From Candidatus Parcubacteria bacterium (lineage in GTDB: Bacteria > Patescibacteriota > Patescibacteriia > Patescibacteriales > UBA12465), in NCBI GenBank assembly GCA_023444045.1, contig JAEZRQ010000006.1, positions 177,786 to 241,785 on the forward strand: a stretch of 64,000 nucleotides of DNA, written 5' to 3'. A program made the position numbers and the translations under genes. Below the pieces are notes generated by a model that was given only the letters and a program-made list of their open reading frames with translations, searched no databases and had not been told where the DNA came from. Shown here in pieces: positions 44,183 through 53,949 of the stretch; positions within the stretch are counted from its first letter, which is position 1; every line of letters begins with the position of its first letter.

Positions 44183-45457
44183 ATGGCTAATTTTATGAAA
44201 AAACTTGAATTACTAGCGCCCGCCGGCAATATTTTAAAAATGAGAACAGCCTTCTTTGCTGGAGCTGATGCGGTTTACTTAGGTATCCCGGATTTTTCTT
44301 TGCGAGTTAGGATTAATGATTTTAATTTAGTAACCCTATCTGAGGCGATTAAAGAAGCTCACGGGCAAAAGAAAAAAGTTTATGTGACCCTTAATATTTT
44401 TGCCCACAACCAACATTTAGAAAAATTACCGGCTTATGTTAAAGAAATTAAAAAGATGGCCCCTGATGGTTTAATTATTTCTGATCCAGGAGTACTGGCA
44501 ATTGTTAGAAAGGTTTGGCCAGGAGCAGAGATTCACCTTTCTACCCAAGCTAACTGCACAAATGCCGCCGCGGCTAAATTTTGGTATGACCAGGGAATTA
44601 CTCGGGTAGTTTTAGGCAGGGAAGTAACTCTAAATGAAATTAAAGAAATTCATCGGGTAGCTCCTAAATTAGAGCTAGAGTACTTTATTCATGGTGCGAT
44701 GTGCATGGCTTATTCCGGCCGCTGTTTTCTATCTAAAGAGTTAGTTGATCGTAGCGGTAATTTAGGCGACTGTGCTCAGCCTTGTCGTTGGGAATACAGT
44801 ATTAAAGCTCGTAATCATGAAGAAGAATTTGATTTGGTTAGCGAGGAGCATGGCACTTATCTGCTTAATTCTAAAGATCTCTGTTTACTAGATTATTTAC
44901 CGAATTTGATTAAAGCGGGTGTAGTTTCTTTTAAGATTGAAGGGAGGGCTAAGAGTGTCTATTACCAGGCAGTAGTTTCTGGTATTTATGCTAGAGCCTT
45001 AAAATTCTTGAATAAAAAACCAAACACAGCTGAATGGAAGAAAGAGCTTAAATATTTAAAGGGGGAACTGGTTAATAAGCTAGTTCATCGTGGCTATACC
45101 ACAGGATTTTTATTAGGTACAAAGGCAGAGCAAAATATTACTAGTGCTAATCACCTAAGTGACTGGGAATTCTGCGGGCAAGTGGTAGTGGCAGAAAAAG
45201 ATTATTTTAAGCCAAAGCTAAAATCTGGCGAGCATAGTCTTTATTTTAAGGTTCATAATACTATTAAAACCCAGGATCAAATAGAAATTATTCTCCCATA
45301 TTATGGTATAATAAAATTAAAGTTGAAAAATATTTTTGATGCTTTAAGTGGAGAAGAGTTGTTAGAGGCCCACGGCGGCGGTGGTGCTAGAACAGCCCTA
45401 ATCATTGTTAAAGAGGACGTGCCACCATTTAGTGTTTTAAGAAGAAAAATAAAATAA
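44183..45457 (+). CDS. Peptidase U32 family protein
   Basis: LELLAPAGN N-terminus, a GAMCMAYSGRC cysteine cluster and SFKIEGR. An alternative ATG lies at 44195. Confidence 0.85.
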   Translation: MANFMKKLELLAPAGNILKMRTAFFAGADAVYLGIPDFSLRVRINDFNLVTLSEAIKEAHGQKKKVYVTLNIFAHNQHLEKLPAYVKEIKKMAPDGLIISDPGVLAIVRKVWPGAEIHLSTQANCTNAAAAKFWYDQGITRVVLGREVTLNEIKEIHRVAPKLELEYFIHGAMCMAYSGRCFLSKELVDRSGNLGDCAQPCRWEYSIKARNHEEEFDLVSEEHGTYLLNSKDLCLLDYLPNLIKAGVVSFKIEGRAKSVYYQAVVSGIYARALKFLNKKPNTAEWKKELKYLKGELVNKLVHRGYTTGFLLGTKAEQNITSANHLSDWEFCGQVVVAEKDYFKPKLKSGEHSLYFKVHNTIKTQDQIEIILPYYGIIKLKLKNIFDALSGEELLEAHGGGGARTALIIVKEDVPPFSVLRRKIK

Positions 45458-45458
45458 T

Positions 45459-46040
45459 ATGATTGCTTATTTAAAAGGTAAAATTATAGCTAAAACAAAT
45501 AATTATCTTATTTTAGAAACAACGGGGGTTGGCTATCAGATTTTTGTTGGTGAAAACTTTTTAGCTGAGCTAAAAGTTGGTGAAGAACGGGAGTTTTACC
45601 TTCATCATCGCGTTAGGGAAGACGTCAGTGATTTATATGGCTTTAGAAATATTGATGATTTGGGTTTATTTGAATTATTACTCTCTGTTTCTGGTGTTGG
45701 CCCTAAATCAGCTTTAGCGGTTTTGTCTCTTACTAGTCCGGAAGATATTAAAGAAGCAATTATTCGCGGTGATGCTAGTTTACTAACTAAAGTTTCGGGA
45801 ATCGGTAAAAAAACTGCTGAGCGCTTAGTCTTAGAGTTGAAAAATAAGATTGTTCGGGTGTCATCAGGTACTTCTTTAGAGTCACAAATAAGCACCTCTA
45901 GCTTTGGTGATGAATTAGATGCTTTAATGGCTCTGGGGTATAATTTAAACGAAGCACGTTCGGCTCTAAATCAAATTGAGCCGGCTATTACCAGTACCGG
46001 CGGGCGAATTAAAGCGGCTTTAAAGCTACTTTCAAAATAG
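45459..46040 (+). CDS. ruvA: Holliday junction DNA helicase subunit RuvA
   Basis: MIAYLKGKI ... GVGYQI ... two HhH motifs (VSGVGPKSALAVLS, VSGIGKKTAERL). Confidence 0.9.
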   Translation: MIAYLKGKIIAKTNNYLILETTGVGYQIFVGENFLAELKVGEEREFYLHHRVREDVSDLYGFRNIDDLGLFELLLSVSGVGPKSALAVLSLTSPEDIKEAIIRGDASLLTKVSGIGKKTAERLVLELKNKIVRVSSGTSLESQISTSSFGDELDALMALGYNLNEARSALNQIEPAITSTGGRIKAALKLLSK

Positions 46041-46092
46041 CTTTACTTAGAATTTTTTATAGGTTAAGATATACAAAAAACATAGAAAAAAT

Positions 46093-47520
46093 ATGGCTAA
46101 AAATAATATCACTAAACAAAGTGAAAATTTCCCACAATGGTATCAAGACGTTATTAGCGAAGCTGAATTGGCTGACACCTCTGAGGTGCGTGGTTGTGGT
46201 ATTATTCGCCCCTATGGTTTAAAAATTTGGGAGCTTATCAAAGCGGAGTTAAGTCGTCTTTTAGAAAATGATGGGGTGGAAAACGTCTATTTTCCAATTT
46301 TTGTACCGCTGGAAAACCTGATGGCTGAGAAAGAGCATGTTGAAGGCTTTGCTCCGGAGCTAGCGGTTGTAACTCATGGCGGAGGAGAGGAATTGGTTAA
46401 TAAATTAGTCGTTCGTCCTACCAGTGAAGCAGCGATGTATAAAACTTATGCTAAGTGGGTGCAAAGCTATAAAGATTTACCACTAAGACTAAATCAATGG
46501 GCTAATGTAGTCCGTTGGGAGAAACGCCCCAGAGCCTTTTTGCGCTGGAGTGAATTTTTGTGGCAAGAAGGACATACTGTCTATGCTAACGAAGAAGAGG
46601 CTAGAACTGAGGTTGATAAAATTTTAGGATTCTATGCTGATGTTTATAAATTTATGGCGCTGCCAGTTTTTTATGGTCGTAAGTCAGAAAATGAAAAATT
46701 TGCTGGCGCTGTCACCACTAAAACCGTTGAAGTGATGGCTAAAGATGGTAAGGCTATTCAAGGAGGAACAAGTCATTATTTAGGGACTAATTTTGCTGAA
46801 GTTTTTGATGTTAAATATTTAGGCTCAGATGGAGAATATCACTTTGGTCATCAAAACAGTTGGGGCTTATCTTGGCGTTCGGTTGGTGCCTTAATTATGG
46901 GGCACGGTGATGATAATGGTCTCAGGTTGCCACCAAATGTGGCCCCAATTCAAATAGTGATTGTGCCGATTTACAAAGATGATGACAATAGAGAAAAAGT
47001 TTTAAAATATTGCGAAGCTTTAAAAACTGATTTGGGCTCTAAGTATCGCGTCAAGATTGATGACCGTGAGGGACAAACTCCAGGATTTAAATTTCATCAT
47101 TGGGAGGTTCGCGGTGTTCCAGTTCGTTTTGAAATTGGTCCTAAAGAAGTTGAAGACGGTTTAGTGTCAATCTACCGTCGTGATACCGGAGAAAAGACTG
47201 GTGCTACTTTATGTGAATTATCTCGTTTTTTAGAGAAGTTAATGTCAGATATTCATAATAATTTATATCAACAAGCTGAGGATTTTGCGAGTAAACATAT
47301 TTACCGCATAGAGAGTTTAGAAGAGATTGATGATCGTCAGGGGTGGTTTGAAGCCAGTTGGAGTGAAGACCCGGAAAGTGAAAAACTTTTAAAGGAAAAA
47401 TATTCAATGGTCTCTCGAGTGCTACCAACTGAAAATGAAAACAAAGAACCAAAGAATAAGAAATGTTTTATTACCGGTAAAGAAGCAAAACATGATTGGT
47501 ATTTTGCTAAAAGTTATTAA
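46093..47520 (+). CDS. proS: Prolyl-tRNA synthetase (archaeal/eukaryotic type)
   Basis: FPQWYQDVISEAELAD N-terminus, class II motifs, and the C-terminal Y characteristic of archaeal-type ProRS. Confidence 0.9.
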   Translation: MAKNNITKQSENFPQWYQDVISEAELADTSEVRGCGIIRPYGLKIWELIKAELSRLLENDGVENVYFPIFVPLENLMAEKEHVEGFAPELAVVTHGGGEELVNKLVVRPTSEAAMYKTYAKWVQSYKDLPLRLNQWANVVRWEKRPRAFLRWSEFLWQEGHTVYANEEEARTEVDKILGFYADVYKFMALPVFYGRKSENEKFAGAVTTKTVEVMAKDGKAIQGGTSHYLGTNFAEVFDVKYLGSDGEYHFGHQNSWGLSWRSVGALIMGHGDDNGLRLPPNVAPIQIVIVPIYKDDDNREKVLKYCEALKTDLGSKYRVKIDDREGQTPGFKFHHWEVRGVPVRFEIGPKEVEDGLVSIYRRDTGEKTGATLCELSRFLEKLMSDIHNNLYQQAEDFASKHIYRIESLEEIDDRQGWFEASWSEDPESEKLLKEKYSMVSRVLPTENENKEPKNKKCFITGKEAKHDWYFAKSY

Positions 47521-47537
47521 TTTATAATATTTAAAGT

Positions 47538-48581
47538 ATGTTCGCTAAACTAATTGGAAAATTTAGTCACGATTTAGGCATTGATTTGGGTACTAAGAAT
47601 ACTCTAGTTTATGTTAATGACAATGGCGTAGTAGTTAATGAACCGTCAGTTGTGGCTATTAATAAGAGAACTAATGAAATTCTAGAAGTTGGTGAAGCAG
47701 CTAATCGCATGGTCGGAAAAACTCCTGGACATATTGAAGCCATTAAACCACTGGTTGATGGAGTTATTTCTGATTTTGAGGTAACAGAGAAGATGCTTAA
47801 ATATTTTATTAATAAAGTGCACCAAGAACACTTTGCTTTAATTCCTCGTCCTCGAGTGGTAATTGGTATTCCGCTTGATTTAACTGAAGTAGAGCGTAAG
47901 GCGGTTGAAGATGCCGCTAAGTCTGCTGGCGCTCGCAAGGTATATTTAATTGAAGAAGCGATGGCGGCCGCGATTGGCGCTCGTTTGCCGGTAATTGACG
48001 CTACCGCCACTATGGTAGTTGATATCGGTGGTGGATCCACGGAAATTGCTGTTATTTCTTTAGGTGGAGTAGTTACTTGGAAATCATTACGTCTAGCTGG
48101 TAATGAATTTGATAATAATATCATTGAATACATCAGAGAAGAATTTAATATTCTAATTGGTGAGCAAATTGCTGAGAGTATTAAAGTTAAAATTGGTTCA
48201 GCGATGCCGCTTGATGAACCAAAAGAAATGGAAGTGCGGGGCAGGGATTTAATCACCGGATTACCTAAGGCAATTATGATTAATGATATTCAGGTTAGAG
48301 AAGCTATTTCTCGCACTATTTCTAAAATTATTGAAAATATTAAAACTATTTTAGAGACGACACCACCAGAGCTTGTTTCTGACATTTATGAAAGAGGTAT
48401 TATTCTTTCTGGTGGCGGCGCTCTGTTGTGTGGTCTTGATAAAGCTATTTCCTTAGCTTCTAAAATTCCCGTAAAAATTGCCGAAGACCCTTTATCTTGT
48501 GTTGTAAGAGGTACTGGCTACCTCCTATCTAATAAAGAGTTGCTTGAGAAGGTAGTTTTACCAGGGACCTCTGATAAATAA
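47538..48581 (+). CDS. mreB: Rod-shape protein MreB
   Basis: DLGIDLGTKNTLVY, VVDIGGGSTEIAVISLGG and GIILSGGGALL. It is followed by mreC and mreD. Confidence 0.95.
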   Translation: MFAKLIGKFSHDLGIDLGTKNTLVYVNDNGVVVNEPSVVAINKRTNEILEVGEAANRMVGKTPGHIEAIKPLVDGVISDFEVTEKMLKYFINKVHQEHFALIPRPRVVIGIPLDLTEVERKAVEDAAKSAGARKVYLIEEAMAAAIGARLPVIDATATMVVDIGGGSTEIAVISLGGVVTWKSLRLAGNEFDNNIIEYIREEFNILIGEQIAESIKVKIGSAMPLDEPKEMEVRGRDLITGLPKAIMINDIQVREAISRTISKIIENIKTILETTPPELVSDIYERGIILSGGGALLCGLDKAISLASKIPVKIAEDPLSCVVRGTGYLLSNKELLEKVVLPGTSDK

Positions 48582-48592
48582 CTCATTATCAC

Positions 48593-49405
48593 ATGTCTTT
48601 TTATAGTAAAAAAAGAAGAAGTTGGATCTGGGTTTTAATTTTTGTCCTGATTCTTTTTTTGCATTTTACTAAAATTATTTTACCGCTAGAGAATTTAATT
48701 ATCAGTGGCATTAAACCACTAGCCTCTTTACTTTATGGCTCTGGGGCTAATATTAAAAATTCTTACGAGGACAATCAGAGTCAAAAGAATTTTATTGAGG
48801 AAAACGAAGCTCTAGAAAAAGAGATTGCTCAACTAATAGTTGAAAACGCTAAGTTTAAGGAACTGGAACAGGATAATATTAAGTTGCGCGCTCAACTTAA
48901 TTTTTTAGCCGCTAATAATTATAAAAGTGTTTTAGCTAACGTAATTTCTCAAAATTTAATTTTTGATATTAAAGAAGGGGATCAAGATATTGTGATTGAT
49001 AAGGGTAGTAAAGATGGCGTTGAGGTTGGTTACGGAGTTATTGATGAAAACGGTGTTATTGTTGGCAAGATCCTTGAAGTTAAAGATACTTTAGCTAAAG
49101 TTTGTTTAACGACTAATCGTAATTGTAAATTTGCCGCCACTATTCAAAACAGTGGCCGCACTATTGGTATCACTGAAGGGGATTTAGGCTTAACTATTAA
49201 AATGAACTATATTCCTCAATCAGAAACAATTAATAATAATGATACGGTAGTGACTTCCGGTTTAGGTGGTAATATTCCCCGAGGTTTAGTTTTGGGTCGG
49301 GTTATTCAAGTTAATAATCGCAGTAATGAGATTTGGCAAGATGTAAATATTGAACCATTATTTGATTTAAACACTTTAACTATTCTTAACGTGTTGATTC
49401 CTTAA
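48593..49405 (+). CDS. mreC: Rod-shape protein MreC
   Basis: An N-terminal TM helix, a coiled coil (ENEALEKEIAQLIVENAKFKELE) and a C-terminal beta domain (VVTSGLGGNIPRGLVLGRV). Confidence 0.85.
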   Translation: MSFYSKKRRSWIWVLIFVLILFLHFTKIILPLENLIISGIKPLASLLYGSGANIKNSYEDNQSQKNFIEENEALEKEIAQLIVENAKFKELEQDNIKLRAQLNFLAANNYKSVLANVISQNLIFDIKEGDQDIVIDKGSKDGVEVGYGVIDENGVIVGKILEVKDTLAKVCLTTNRNCKFAATIQNSGRTIGITEGDLGLTIKMNYIPQSETINNNDTVVTSGLGGNIPRGLVLGRVIQVNNRSNEIWQDVNIEPLFDLNTLTILNVLIP

Positions 49406-49406
49406 T

Positions 49407-49952
49407 ATGTCGCGGTTTAAAAATTACTTAGAATGGGTTTTCTATTTTTTACTATTTTCAGCAATAGCAATTTTTCAGGCTACTTTTATTTCTGCCTTGC
49501 CACCAATTCTTTCAGCGATTAATTTACCACTAATTTTTTTACTCTTCAGTTTTCTTTTTTTTAAAAAAGAAGTTATTCTCGTTTTAGCTATACTAATGGG
49601 GTTCTGGTTGGATCTTTTGGGATTTGATTTTTTTGGCTTGCATATCACTATCTTTTTGTTGACTGTTTTAGCAATCGATTTGGTTTTAAATAACTGGCTA
49701 ACTAATAAATCTTTATATTCTTTTTTAGTTTTAGCGACAGTCAGCACTTTTTTAGTAAATATAGTAATGTATTTAATAATTAGTATCTGGTCATCAGAAA
49801 GCGAATCGTACAAGTTTTTTCTCTTTAATTCCTTTTTTTGGCGACAATTATTTTGGCAGCTTCTTTGGAGCACTTCTTTTATGCTGCTATTTTTTAACCT
49901 GGCAAACTATTTATCAAAAAACCTTAAATCTTTCTTTTTGGAAAAGAAGTAA
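49407..49952 (+). CDS. mreD: Rod-shape protein MreD
   Basis: A polytopic membrane protein directly after mreC. Confidence 0.7.
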   Translation: MSRFKNYLEWVFYFLLFSAIAIFQATFISALPPILSAINLPLIFLLFSFLFFKKEVILVLAILMGFWLDLLGFDFFGLHITIFLLTVLAIDLVLNNWLTNKSLYSFLVLATVSTFLVNIVMYLIISIWSSESESYKFFLFNSFFWRQLFWQLLWSTSFMLLFFNLANYLSKNLKSFFLEKK

Positions 49953-49975
49953 GAATTATGTTAAGATACAGGCAT

Positions 49976-50962
49976 ATGAAATATGATTTTATTACAATTG
50001 GTGGCGCTACTTTAGACATTGCCTTTTTTACTGACAAAGGAATTTTACTGGATAATAAAAAAGATCTGCTGCGCCAAAAACTACTTGCCTTTGAGTATGG
50101 AGCTAAAATCAAGGTAGATCAGTTTGCTAATTTATTTGGTGGCGGGGCGGCTAATGCCGCAGTTAATTTGTCTGGGCTTGGTTTTAAAACGGCCATGATT
50201 GCGGAAGTTGGGTCTGATGAAACTGGTCGTAAGATTTTAAATAATTTAAAAAATAAAAGAGTTACCACTTCATTTGTAAAAATAAATCAGAAAGTTGATT
50301 CCGGTTTATCATTTATTATTATCACGGAAAGCGGCGAGAGAATAATTTTTACTCATCGTGGGGCTAATGATAATTTTTCTCTAAAAGACAGTGATTTAAA
50401 AATTTTAAAAACCACCAGCAATATTTATTTAGCTTCTCTAACAGGATCTTGGCTTGGTGATTTAAAGAAAATTTTTAGTCTAAGTGGACCAAGAATTTTC
50501 TGGAATCCTGGTGAGGCGCAATATGAGAAAGGGCTCAGAGTCTTAGCGCCATTTTTAAAGAAAACATACTGCTTAATGCTTAATCGTGATGAGGCTTTAG
50601 CGTTAGTTAGTAGTGATAAAAAGTTCGCTGCTAAAAAACGCTCTTGGTTTAATAATGAGAATAATCTTTTAGAAGCGGTCAAATCTTATGGTCCAGAAAT
50701 TGTTGTTATTACCGATGGCCCAAAAGGAGCATATTTTTATGATGGTAAGAAAGTGTATTACCAGAAAACCGTAAAAGAGAAAAAATATGTTGATAGTACT
50801 GGTATTGGTGATGCCTATAATTCTACCTTTGCTGCTGGACTAGTCATTACCAGTGGAAACATTGCTGAGTCAGCTTATCTGGCTAGTCGCAATGCCGCTA
50901 GTAAAATTGCCCATTTAGGGGCGCAAAACGGTTTATTAACTAAAAAAGAATTATTAAAATAA
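49976..50962 (+). CDS. PfkB-family carbohydrate kinase
   Basis: DFITIGGATLD N-terminus, GGGAANAA and the C-terminal DSTGIGDAYNSTFAAG (PfkB signature 2). An alternative ATG lies at 49958. Confidence 0.8.
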   Translation: MKYDFITIGGATLDIAFFTDKGILLDNKKDLLRQKLLAFEYGAKIKVDQFANLFGGGAANAAVNLSGLGFKTAMIAEVGSDETGRKILNNLKNKRVTTSFVKINQKVDSGLSFIIITESGERIIFTHRGANDNFSLKDSDLKILKTTSNIYLASLTGSWLGDLKKIFSLSGPRIFWNPGEAQYEKGLRVLAPFLKKTYCLMLNRDEALALVSSDKKFAAKKRSWFNNENNLLEAVKSYGPEIVVITDGPKGAYFYDGKKVYYQKTVKEKKYVDSTGIGDAYNSTFAAGLVITSGNIAESAYLASRNAASKIAHLGAQNGLLTKKELLK

Positions 50963-50964
50963 AT

Positions 50965-51417
50965 ATGATAAATGGCGTTATTGTTAAGGAGCTTAAAAAA
51001 TATGAAGATGATCGCGGGTATTTGATAGAAACTTATCGCCGCGATGAAGTTGATTTAGGGGTGGCGATGTCTTATTTAAGTCTAACTCTTCCTAGTGTGG
51101 CCCGTGGCCCTCATGAACACGTTTATCAAACTGATTATTTTATTTTCCCAGGACCGGGGGATTTTAATTTATATCTTTGGGACAGACGAGCCAGCTCTAC
51201 AACTTTTGGCGAGCGGCTGGAAATGAAAGTCGGTGCTTCTTATCCCTGCACAGTGGTTGTCCCACCAGGAGTAGTTCACGGCTATAAATGTGTTTCCAAA
51301 GAGGCCGCTTTATCAATTAATTTTCCAGATAAGTTATATAAAGGAATAAATAAACAAGAAGAAGTTGATGAAATAAGATGGGAGCAGGATGAAAATTCTC
51401 CCTATAAGATTAACTAA
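50965..51417 (+). CDS. dTDP-4-dehydrorhamnose 3,5-epimerase-like cupin (short)
   Basis: YEDDRGYLIETYR and the VVHGYK cupin motif. At 150 aa it is shorter than a canonical RmlC. Confidence 0.65.
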   Translation: MINGVIVKELKKYEDDRGYLIETYRRDEVDLGVAMSYLSLTLPSVARGPHEHVYQTDYFIFPGPGDFNLYLWDRRASSTTFGERLEMKVGASYPCTVVVPPGVVHGYKCVSKEAALSINFPDKLYKGINKQEEVDEIRWEQDENSPYKIN

Positions 51418-51419
51418 AT

Positions 51420-52376
51420 ATGAAGTTACTTGTCACTGGCGGTGCTGGTTTTATTGGCTCAAATTTTATTAATTATTGGCTGAAGAATTATCCAGATGAT
51501 CAGATTATTAATTTGGATGTTTTAACTTACGCTGCTAATCTTGAAAATCTGACCACTTTAGAAAATAACCCTAACTATAAATTTGTCCAGGGTGATATTT
51601 GTGATATCGGTTTAGTAAATGAGTTAGTTAAAGAAGTTGACGCCATCGTTCACTTTGCGGCCGAGAGTCACGTAGATCGTTCAATTTTAAACAGCGCTGA
51701 TTTTATTCGTACCAATGTTGAGGGCACTAGAGTACTGCTTGAAGCGGCCAAAAATAATGGTCTTAAAAGGTTTCATCACATTTCTACTGATGAAGTTTTT
51801 GGTTCTTTAGAATTTAATTCCCCTCGTTTTAACGAAAAGACCCCTTATGATCCGCGATCTCCTTACAGCGCCTCAAAAGCGGCCTCTGATCATTTAGTTA
51901 GGGCCTATTATCATACCTATGGCTTGCCGGTAACCATTTCTAATTGCTCCAATAACTATGGACCATATCAATACCCAGAAAAATTAATTCCTCATTTTAT
52001 TACTAATTTGTTAAAAGGAGAGAAAGTAACGGTCTATGGTGAAGGGAAAAATATTAGAGATTGGATTCATGTTGATGATCATAATCGCGGTATTGATTTA
52101 ATTTTAAAGAAGGGAAGAATTGGTGAAACTTATTGTTTAGGTGGTGATAGTGAAGTTGATAATCTTAATCTCACTGGGAAAATATTATCTCTAATGGGTT
52201 TTGGCGAAGAAATGATAACTTACGTTAAGGATCGTCCCGGCCATGATTTACGTTATGGTATTGATTATACAAAAGCTAAAACGGAATTAGGCTTTGAGCC
52301 AAAAATTTCCCTAAATGACGGGTTATCTGCTACAATAAATTGGTATCAAAATAATAAAAATTGGTGGGACAAATAA
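51420..52376 (+). CDS. rfbB: dTDP-glucose 4,6-dehydratase
   Basis: LLVTGGAGFIGSNF, STDEVFG and YSASKAASDHLVRAY. Confidence 0.9.
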   Translation: MKLLVTGGAGFIGSNFINYWLKNYPDDQIINLDVLTYAANLENLTTLENNPNYKFVQGDICDIGLVNELVKEVDAIVHFAAESHVDRSILNSADFIRTNVEGTRVLLEAAKNNGLKRFHHISTDEVFGSLEFNSPRFNEKTPYDPRSPYSASKAASDHLVRAYYHTYGLPVTISNCSNNYGPYQYPEKLIPHFITNLLKGEKVTVYGEGKNIRDWIHVDDHNRGIDLILKKGRIGETYCLGGDSEVDNLNLTGKILSLMGFGEEMITYVKDRPGHDLRYGIDYTKAKTELGFEPKISLNDGLSATINWYQNNKNWWDK

Positions 52377-52387
52377 AAAGAAAAAAT

Positions 52388-52834
52388 ATGGATAAAAAAA
52401 TCTTTATCATTCAAGATGATTCCAACATCTTATATAGCCTAGAAGCTATTTTTAGTGCTGAAGGTTTAGAAGTTAAAACTAGTGAGGCTGAGGAAGAGTT
52501 AGATGAGTTAATGGATAATATTCACGATTTTGGTCCAGACTATCTAATTCTTGACGTTATCTTGCCGAAAATAGATGGTTTTGAAATTATTAAAAGAATT
52601 AAAGAGGATAGTGAATTAGCTGATTTGCCAATTTTTATTTTTTCCGATATTTCTGATGAAGATAGCCGCAGCCGTAGTTTAGAGCTGGGGGCTGATTATT
52701 TCTTACCAAAAGATGAGTTTGATACCTATGAATTCGCTGAAAAAGTTAAGAAAATAATGGCTAATCAGGAGCGTTTAGCTGAAGATACTGATAAAGATTG
52801 GGAGAGCGATGATGATGTCCTTGTCATTGACTAA
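52388..52834 (+). CDS. Stand-alone response-regulator receiver domain with an acidic tail
   Basis: IFIIQDD, YLILDVILPKIDGFE (phospho-acceptor Asp) and a conserved Lys in YFLPKD. The ATG is at 52388. Confidence 0.75.
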   Translation: MDKKIFIIQDDSNILYSLEAIFSAEGLEVKTSEAEEELDELMDNIHDFGPDYLILDVILPKIDGFEIIKRIKEDSELADLPIFIFSDISDEDSRSRSLELGADYFLPKDEFDTYEFAEKVKKIMANQERLAEDTDKDWESDDDVLVID

Positions 52835-52917
52835 AGACTTTCTAGTAGCTAAGATAAAGAAGCCCTCTTTATAAAACAGGGAATCTTGTTTTTTAGCTAC
52901 TTTGTTATATTTGCTCT

Positions 52918-53925
52918 ATGTTTATTAAAAGAATCGGTATTGATTTAGGAACCACTTACACCTTAGTTTATCTACCAAAGAGAGGAATTGTGATAAATGA
53001 ACCTTCGGTGGTGGCTATTTCAATTGATGACAATAAAATACTGGCCGTTGGTAATGAGGCCAAAGATATGCTAGGGAGAACTCCAGATACTATTCGGGCT
53101 GTTCAGCCTCTTAAAGATGGGGTAATTGCTGACTATCGTACTACTGAGGCTATGATTCGTTACTTTATTAATAAGACCTTGGGAGGAATGCGTTTTTTTA
53201 GACCAGAGGTTATGGTAGCGGTACCGGCCGGAATTTCTTCAACTGAGAGAAGGGCGGTAATTGAAGCAACTATTTCAGCAGGGGCTAAGGCGGCTTATAT
53301 TATTAAAGAACCGGTCGCGGCAGCAATTGGCGCTGACATTCCAATTGGATCAGCCACTGGCCATATGGTGGTTGATATTGGCGGTGGAACCGCGGAAATG
53401 GCTGTTATCTCTTTGGGGGGTGTAGTTTCTTCTACTTCAGTTAGGGTTGGTGGTAATAAATTTGATGCGGCAATCTTAGAATTTGTTAGAAAAAAATATA
53501 ATTTAGCAATCGGTGAGAGAACAGCGGAAGAAATAAAAATAAACATTGGCTCAGCTCTTTTTATGGAGGATAAATTATATATGGAAATTAGAGGCAGAGA
53601 TATTGTCACTGGACTTCCTAGAAGTATTACCGTTTCTTCTGATGATGTTACTGAAGCAATTCAAAATGAGTTAGAGGCCATTATGGCCGCGGCTAAAAGA
53701 GTTCTTCATACCACACCACCAGAGTTGGCGGCTGATATCATGGACAAGGGGATTGTAATTACTGGAGGTAGCGCTTTACTAAGAAATATTGACCAGTTAA
53801 TGGCTAGAACTACCGGCGTACCTGCTTATGTCGCTGACGACGCTTTACTGTGTGTAGCTAAAGGGACTGGCATTGCTTTAGATAATTTAGATTCTTATAA
53901 GAGAAGCATTTTGGCGACTAAATAG
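52918..53925 (+). CDS. mreB: Second MreB-family actin homologue (paralog)
   Basis: RIGIDLGTTYTLVY, VVDIGGGTAEMAVISLGG and GIVITGGSALL. It lies about 4.3 kb downstream of mreBCD. Confidence 0.9.
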   Translation: MFIKRIGIDLGTTYTLVYLPKRGIVINEPSVVAISIDDNKILAVGNEAKDMLGRTPDTIRAVQPLKDGVIADYRTTEAMIRYFINKTLGGMRFFRPEVMVAVPAGISSTERRAVIEATISAGAKAAYIIKEPVAAAIGADIPIGSATGHMVVDIGGGTAEMAVISLGGVVSSTSVRVGGNKFDAAILEFVRKKYNLAIGERTAEEIKINIGSALFMEDKLYMEIRGRDIVTGLPRSITVSSDDVTEAIQNELEAIMAAAKRVLHTTPPELAADIMDKGIVITGGSALLRNIDQLMARTTGVPAYVADDALLCVAKGTGIALDNLDSYKRSILATK

Positions 53926-53949
53926 TAGTCGTCTTTTTGTAATATCCTT

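Noticed and set aside
47609-48256. A 215-aa antisense ORF inside mreB, and similar antisense ORFs (13920-14297, 32044-32487, 32784-33149, 45605-45895, 53295-53609, 55278-55646, 18048-19079 and others)
   Set aside because: Each lies entirely opposite a gene with strong family motifs. Their translations are low-complexity (Ser/Ile/Leu/Pro-rich) with no motifs. They are typical shadow ORFs.
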